From Antedon mediterranea (lineage: Eukaryota > Animalia > Echinodermata), in NCBI RefSeq assembly GCF_964355755.1, contig NC_092677.1, positions 15,584,101 through 15,648,100 on the forward strand: a stretch of 64,000 nucleotides of DNA, given 5' to 3'. Each line of letters begins with the position of its first letter. Position 1 is the stretch's first letter. The notes beneath the pieces were generated by a model, which was not told the origin of the DNA, searched no databases, and saw nothing but the letters and a program-made list of their open reading frames with translations. This document shows positions 61,501 to 64,000 of the stretch, piece by piece. Position numbers and translations under genes: made by a program.

Positions 61501-61827
61501 CGATCTAGAAACTTTTTAATCAAGATCGTTTCTCTTGCTTTAATAAAGCTGACTTCAATATACAATTTTGCTTGATTTTGTATTGATGTTTGTTATTTTT
61601 TAACTTTTTATATTTCAAATGATGTAAATAGACACAAGTTTTGTACTATTATGCCCTTTTTAATACTTTAAACGAGAATAAAATAATAATAATACCATGA
61701 TGTTTGGTTGATACCATTGTCTGATGGGGTTTTTGTCATACTTACAGCCATGTTCAATTCTATTTCATGATTTCCAGATGTGATCCTTACAAGTACCATT
61801 CCTTTAACAGGTTTTCCATAAGTATAT
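45220..61827 (-). CDS. CD109: CD109-like thioester-containing protein, paralog A (coding exons 7-30 in window; 5' exons lie beyond 64000)
   Basis: 24 GT-AG exons with consistent phases, 3769 nt to TAA at 45220. Motifs: YTYGKPV, AVDQSV, FPETWLW, VPDTITSW, FFVSMNLPYSVIRGE, GCGEQ, GYQRELDY, DGSFSAFG, STWLTAFV, GGYSSTQDTVVALQAL, SGMSIMEIGIPSGF, YNYYQP, hydrophobic C-terminus. No C345C or anaphylatoxin domain, so CD109/iTEP rather than C3. Confidence 0.9.
46038..46143 (-). CDS. CD109: paralog A exon 29
   Basis: IAYSFPTCVGVAAYRTNIVSNIKPSPVKLYNYYQP. Confidence 0.88.
46521..46621. repeat. 15-bp minisatellite (TATTGACATCAGCAG), about 6.5 copies
   Basis: Directly visible tandem repeat in intron 28 of paralog A. 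Confidence 0.95.
46891..47053 (-). CDS. CD109: paralog A exon 28 (receptor-binding domain)
   Basis: YLKDIVQSGMSIMEIGIPSGFVVD...AILYLDE. Confidence 0.9.
47596..47768 (-). CDS. CD109: paralog A exon 27
   Basis: IPVSAGSVDVSASGSGSFLLQFSVMYNV...IQVCG. Confidence 0.9.
48085..48243 (-). CDS. CD109: paralog A exon 26
   Basis: DTVVALQALASYAGQISL...NSDNALVFQQLE; completes the STQ|DTVVALQAL motif. Confidence 0.9.
48206..48912 (-). repeat. ~66-bp tandem array of the exon-26 acceptor plus exon start (11 copies including the real one)
   Basis: GTGTCCTA cores at about 48239, 48308, 48375, 48442, 48505, 48571, 48637, 48703, 48769, 48835 and 48902. Confidence 0.95.
49142..49365 (-). CDS. CD109: paralog A exon 25
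   Basis: GMKYW...DVEMTGYGLLTYL...KWLTRQRSEIGGYSSTQ. Confidence 0.92.
49697..49877 (-). CDS. CD109: paralog A exon 24
   Basis: ATLDGLTRSLDKANAYI...DPYILAITTYALTL...AIVE. Confidence 0.9.
50117..50200 (-). CDS. CD109: paralog A exon 23
   Basis: GGVSGPVTLTAYVVVAIQEAKNGRGLKQ. Confidence 0.88.
50542..50780 (-). CDS. CD109: paralog A exon 22 (thioester domain, catalytic His)
   Basis: GYQRELDYKHVDGSFSAFG...STWLTAFVIKSF...DGSFMEPGKICHRDMQ. Confidence 0.93.
50781..51210 (-). repeat. Degenerate ~86-bp tandem array derived from the exon-22 acceptor plus exon start
   Basis: GAAAGAAAGT cores at about 50784, 50870, 50957, 51045 and 51127, each next to TCTCTG and GATCCAT-like exon sequence. Confidence 0.75.
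51302..51478 (-). CDS. CD109: paralog A exon 21 (thioester GCGEQ at 51408-51422)
   Basis: [39 protein letters not shown]...FMKI. Confidence 0.95.
51629..51679. repeat. AT-rich hairpin
   Basis: TTAAATAGTAAATTTTCTTTTGGAT-G-ATCCATAAGAAAATTTACTATTTAA. Confidence 0.7.
51854..51998 (-). CDS. CD109: paralog A exon 20
   Basis: PEGVTEFYTNADLIDL...LIDGSVYVKLATT. Confidence 0.9.
52131..52233. repeat. Dispersed short repeat, second copy at about 57036-57150
   Basis: AAGCTCTGTCTA.ACT.TCAAAC.TTATGTGA...ATGGACA.GATGA...ACATCACACTTTT at both sites. Confidence 0.6.
52304..52447 (-). CDS. CD109: paralog A exon 19
   Basis: VVKANIPAGEGVSVSY...GRDSVIRQLLVE. Confidence 0.9.
52982..53089 (-). CDS. CD109: paralog A exon 18
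   Basis: AEIKLHKSEDFDNIEF...VYVSKDQ. Confidence 0.88.
53325..53438 (-). CDS. CD109: paralog A exon 17
   Basis: VTVFKPFFVSMNLPYSVIRGENLALEILVFNYQTMDIT. Confidence 0.9.
53891..54008 (-). CDS. CD109: paralog A exon 16
   Basis: VDGMLSIETTVPDTITSWVGSAFALSSSTGLGIVPTTSM. Confidence 0.9.
54442..54625 (-). CDS. CD109: paralog A exon 15 (bait/variable region)
   Basis: YRAYAVPAGVPGRGWIEADVAFDPGFADEAVQETLPNTNDADSAVRTEFPETWLWMEATVG. Confidence 0.88.
54934..54997 (-). CDS. CD109: paralog A exon 14
   Basis: NSGVIVLTDAEIPEEYDYPFY; donor GTAAG, phase 1. Confidence 0.85.
55212..55283 (-). tRNA. tRNA-like sequence (anticodon ATC), diverged copy; probably repeat-derived
   Basis: 72 nt with A box TGGTCTAATGG and B box GTTCGAGTC; one mismatch in the anticodon stem. 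Confidence 0.35.
55630..55701 (-). tRNA. tRNA-like sequence (Asp-like, anticodon ATC); probably repeat-derived
   Basis: Acceptor stem GCCCCAG/TTGGGGC, anticodon arm TCTGC-ATATCAA-GCAGG, T arm CCGAG-TTCGAGT-CTCGG, discriminator G, TTTTT just downstream. Confidence 0.4.
55994..56065 (-). tRNA. tRNA-like sequence (Asp-like, anticodon ATC); probably repeat-derived
   Basis: Identical to 55630-55701. Confidence 0.4.
56863..56997 (-). CDS. CD109: paralog A exon 13 (linker)
   Basis: VIEELETFDSSNKGNDDVDPFGGGFRLPWFCAFPTEGSYAAEIFD. Confidence 0.88.
57455..57539. repeat. Duplicated perfect palindrome (foldback)
   Basis: ACATCTAGCTTGTGTGCACTT-AA-AAGTGCACACAAGCTA twice in tandem, closing with GATGTG. 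Confidence 0.9.
57710..57859 (-). CDS. CD109: paralog A exon 12
   Basis: VSLSFSSDVVEPGD...LLAVDQSVLLLKSGNDITQQK. Confidence 0.9.
58189..58380 (-). CDS. CD109: paralog A exon 11
   Basis: ILSKGNIVLTG...DMAPTAKLIAYYVRSDNE...AFKNQ. Confidence 0.9.
58803..58982 (-). CDS. CD109: paralog A exon 10
   Basis: ARYYTMEEESGYVDDF...ESPSNSFIQI...NIVYM. Confidence 0.9.
59295..59498 (-). CDS. CD109: paralog A exon 9
   Basis: ISVTRQDGTPLS...YEIPSTGVV...ISIQ. Confidence 0.9.
59620..59835 (-). CDS. CD109: paralog A exon 8
   Basis: IDGSKSFSVPLDDFERLSDGV...KTFKPTLLYTAY. Confidence 0.9.
61746..61827 (-). CDS. CD109: paralog A exon 7
   Basis: YTYGKPVKGMVLVRITSGNHEIELNMA; AG/GTAAG. Confidence 0.9.
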
Positions 61828-62251
61828 CTAAAAGAAACAATTGAAAGATGTCAAAATATAAAAACTATATAGAAGAAAACTTTTGTTCTGAATAAATAAA
61901 AGTTCTGGAAAGATTTAAAATGGCATATGTCATAATATCTGGCATTACTTTTTTTTTTTTATTTATTTTAATAAATAGCAATGATATTGGTCATCTTAGA
62001 AAAGAATCCTCTTTTCCTGTTAAAGATGTATTGTCCCTTGAAACACAAAAAAATGAAGGTCAAAATATTCTAAATTTAAAGTGGCCATATCAAAGTAATA
62101 TTAAAGTTATTCACTTTAAGTCGAAAATTTGAGCCAAAAACAACAAGTTTACGTAATTAACAGGTAAATTAATTTGATTACATTTCATCTGGAAAATCGT
62201 CACGAGCGAAAGTAAACAAAGATTTCAAACCACATTAGTATGCATTATGTA

Positions 62252-64000
62252 TCTATATATAAATTTACGTAAGGGCAAAATTCGCTAAATCGCGCCTTAC
62301 TTCTAGAATGTTTACTCGATGGTATATACAGTTGGCTCATACTTTCGGTACTGATTTTAACCACCTGATGTAACCCTGTTTACTAATTAAATTAAGTTAG
62401 ATAATTAGTTATTGACGATTAAAACGAATTTAGGTTCAAAGATTTGCCCCAAATAGGGGTGTTTTCCGATCGTGGTATACACTGTCTAATGGATGTCCAT
62501 CTTGAAAAATACCCGCCACAAAAATGCGAGGAGGCTTCGCATTTTCCTATCTCCTCCTACGATAATTGTTTTTAATAGCTGAAAACCGGTTGAACAGCCA
62601 GAGTACACCATCATAATGTTGAAGACAGGCCGATTTTCTTTAAAAAATACTATTTTGATAGATTTAATATACGATTATACAAATGTATTGATTTGCGATG
62701 AATGGAACATCCCAATCTCTCAGTCTGCCAAAGTTTGGTTTAACACAAGTAGGTAAATTTATGAGCCCTTGGTTTAACACATACGGTAGGTAAATATATG
62801 GGCCCTTTGAGAATAAACTTGCAATACTTTGACAATACTGTAAATACCTATTATATTAGATTAGATGTAATATAAAAATATATACAAATAAACTTTATTA
62901 CTGACATTGTGGACAGGCTCTACTGTTAGATATATAAACACATTATTATATACAAATAAACTTTATACTGACTGTTCCTTCTCAACGTTTGTATTAATTA
63001 ATAATTACCAATAATATAAACGTCGTAGTAGTGTATCGTGACATGTACTTTAATATTTCAATCGATTATGACAGTGACAGTTTAACAAAGTATTAAATCG
63101 CAAATGTTTTACTGTATTTAGAGGTATATTATTTATAGAATATAGGCCTATACAACATGAAAAAAATATTTCGTTACTGAGTGGATAAAGAATATATTGA
63201 AAAAATGTTCCTCTTTGTACCTATCCGCTTTCCCATCCCTCAACCCTAATGTTACATACAAAACACAAATTGGGTTTCTTTAAATGAGTCCAAATAAAAA
63301 ATTTGGACTCATTTTGTGATAAGTTTCTCCTTCGGAAGTAATTCCCAGGGTGCTAATTTTAGTTGACTACATAAATCATCGTGTCTATTTATTCGTTTCT
63401 GTAAACGACAATGTATTATAGTCCTGCGGTACGTACATTTGAAATCGCCAGTTATGTTACGCTGAAATTACTGTATATTCGAGAACCATCTGTGGGCACG
63501 ACCTGATGGTACGCGAGCAAAGCGAGTGCTTCAAAGTAAATTTACGAAAGGGCAAAATTCGGTAAATCGCGCGTTATTTGTAGAATGTTTTCTCAATGGT
63601 ATATAAAGTTGGTTCGTACTTTTGGTACTGATTTTAACCACCTGATGTAACCCTGTTTACTAATTAAATTGAGTTCGATAATTAGTTATTGACGATTAAA
63701 ACGAATTTAGGTTCAACGATTTGCCTCAAATAGGGGTGTTTTTTTTAATGGATGTCCGTCTTGAAAAATACCCGCAGACAATAATGCGAGGATGCTTCGC
63801 ATTTTCCTATCTCCTCCTACAATAATTGTTTTTAATGTCTGAAAACCGGTGGAACAGCTCGAGTACAGCATCATAATGTTGAATGAAGACAGGCCGATTT
63901 TCTTTAAAAAATACTATTTTGATAGATTTAATATATATACGTTTATACAAATGTATTGATTTGCGATGAATGGAACATTCCAATCTCTGTTCCACCAGCG
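62252..64000 (+). mobile_element. Two head-to-tail copies of the non-autonomous Helitron at 37491
   Basis: A|TCTATATATAAATTTACGTAAGGGC at 62252. The 3' hairpin is truncated at about 63527, and the next copy restarts TAAATTTACGAAAGGGC at about 63537 and runs off the window. Confidence 0.8.

Noticed and set aside
60300-61650. Strand-skewed intronic stretch as a possible mitochondrial insertion or hidden exon
   Set aside because: No recognisable reading frame or RNA gene; probably decayed repeat.
45220-61827. Complement C3 or classical alpha-2-macroglobulin identity
   Set aside because: No anaphylatoxin or C345C domain, and the catalytic His plus hydrophobic tail fit CD109/iTEP better.

Overview
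AT-rich eukaryotic DNA, probably from an invertebrate animal (species cannot be read from the sequence). The window holds two tandem, minus-strand, multi-exon thioester-containing protein genes of the CD109/iTEP type (alpha-2-macroglobulin family). Paralog A runs from beyond 64000 to a stop at 45220. Its 24 coding exons in the window splice in frame and encode the GCGEQ thioester, the catalytic His and a hydrophobic GPI-like tail. Paralog B starts with a signal peptide at 40236. Its 19 in-frame coding exons run to 10303, where it enters a >10 kb nest of transposons (CR1 LINE, Helentron-type element, Gypsy element with intact pol) before any thioester exon. The introns and the intergenic region hold two more LTR elements, a miniature DIRS element, Helitrons, MITEs and LINE fragments. 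The most unusual signals: (1) two intronic tandem arrays in paralog A built from the gene's own splice acceptor plus exon start, the younger giving 10 decoy acceptors that all lead to in-frame stops; (2) a tandem array of complete tRNA-like cloverleaves with an ATC anticodon; (3) a Gypsy LTR whose internal duplication is bounded by a GT-AG intron that would remove it exactly; (4) paralogs that are nearly identical except in the bait/variable region. Exon boundaries were read by hand from homology, GT-AG signals and phase, without transcript data.
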